A DNA stretch of 55,350 nt, counting the filler, from Bipalium vagum (lineage: Eukaryota): assembly GCA_037834085.1 (NCBI GenBank). It is 3 parts of 3 records of this genome, joined end to end, with 100 filler letters (N's around TTAATTAATTAA, not from the genome) between each part and the next. Parts side by side here need not be neighbours in the genome. Positions count along the whole stretch, not along the records: positions 38,211 to 55,350 come from JBBMKC010077128.1; 2 more parts are not named here. The stretch is one strand, 5' to 3'. The stretch's first letter is position 1, and the number at the start of each line of letters is the position of its first letter. The notes beneath the pieces were generated by a model. That model made no database searches, had not been told where the DNA came from, and was given only the letters and a program-made list of their open reading frames with translations. Shown piece after piece: positions 53,941 through 55,350 of this stretch. The translations under genes were made by a program, and so were the position numbers.

Positions 53941-55350
53941 CTTTTAACTTATAATTTTATACTTATAAGAAGTTGAAAACGTTAGTGATATTTACACTAG
54001 TATATAGAAAGATACATTGTTGAATTTCTGGATGCGAAATATTTTTGTGTCGTCTAGTATAACAAATAATGAAATTTTATTAATTACTCTGGAACGATTA
54101 TTAAAGAAAATGGATTGGAATTGAAATCAAAATTTATTATCATATTATTTCTCAATACGAACGTATGGAAAAATCCGAACCTTTGTGACCAGATTTGACT
54201 GTATATCAGTGAAGGATTTAAATAAATGCACATTATTTATCCGTAAAACTGGTATTACATTTAATACATTAATGATTTATTTTATTCAAGTTATAAGAAA
54301 CTTTCTAGTATTTTCGAAAAATATGTATAATTTAATTGATTTTAATTTTATTACACAATACTACTAAAAATAAGAAAAAAATAATTTTCTGTGATAATAA
54401 AAAAAATAAATATTATTAATTTTTGAACATATTATGGTTATTTTTAAAACAATTAAATACTTCAAAAGATATATAATAATAATTTATTATTACTTTATAA
54501 AATGAAATGAAAGAAAAATGTTAAGTCGTTTTTTTGAAAATAACTTTTTAAGAAATCAAATAAATTTTGATCGTTAACGACTAAGATAATAATAATATTT
54601 TTCACTCAAAATTTTATTTGATATCTTCCATAGGAAGTAGACAATTTTATTAAATTTACTTTCACTTACATCACAGGATTCAATGATAATAGAGAAAGAT
54701 TTATACGTGCATTAAAACAAACAAATTAATTGAAAGACATTAGTTTCTAGAAATATTTCGAAGTATTTTTTATAAGAATAACTATTAAAAGTTAGAATTA
54801 TTTAAAAGAAATAACAAAATGTTAAATTAACATTCTTTTAGTTTCAAGGATTATTAAAAAAAGTTTTCATAGATCTGTATACTTTTTGTTTATTTAATAT
54901 TTAATATTTTAATAATCATATTTTAGATAATGTTTTATTAATTTTAAAGAGTCTTATTAATTGAGGTTATTAAATTATTTACTATTTTAACATTTAAATA
55001 TTTGCTGTAGGTTTAAAACGTAATTAGAAAATTAGGTATTAATGTCGTGAGTGCACCTTACAATTTGCCAACTTGGATTCCAATAATCATAAATATTAAT
55101 TTATAACTAAAATTAAATTAACTTTTGAATTGTTTGATTATTAAATAACTTTTTGATACAATTAAACAATAATTAAATTATATTATCTATTTGTACAAGT
55201 TAGGGTTTAAAAGTCATATATGCACATAATAAATTATCTATTAAAACTAAATGTCCAAACTAGGATAAGTAGAAGTCTTATTAATCATAAGAACTAAAAA
55301 TTTCAAATTATAAGTCTTTTATAAGTCCGAATATATATATTTATATATAT

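Noticed and set aside
1-55350. Remaining short AT-rich ORFs; CRISPR or prokaryotic systems
   Set aside because: The ORFs are low-complexity I/F/K/N-rich chance frames. No repeat-spacer array or operon structure is present in this eukaryotic sequence.

Overview
Very AT-rich eukaryotic (animal) genomic DNA with short 45-53 bp introns, (ATT)n microsatellites and three assembly gaps. The composition suggests a planarian-type flatworm, which is inference only. The window holds six spliced minus-strand exons (30238 to 26071) encoding the N-terminal FERM domain of a PTPN3/PTPN4 (Ptpmeg)-like protein, and at least one minus-strand exon of an IRS/DOK-type PTB-domain protein (36494-36766). It also holds a decayed Gypsy pol (RNase H-integrase) and about 18 decayed Tc1/mariner relics (DD34D mariner, DD37D, rosa/DD41D-like, Tc1 DD34E). 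The most unusual object is a complete 310-bp non-autonomous LTR retrotransposon (TRIM, 28895-29204, minus strand) in an intron of the PTPN4-like gene. It has a 5-bp TSD, a tRNA-Trp-type PBS and a PPT, and its LTRs consist mostly of a tRNA-Ala(TGC)-derived Pol III unit. A longer 333-bp LTR carrying the same tRNA-derived 3' end lies about 3 kb away (32358-32690). All family calls come from reading motifs by eye; no searches were run.
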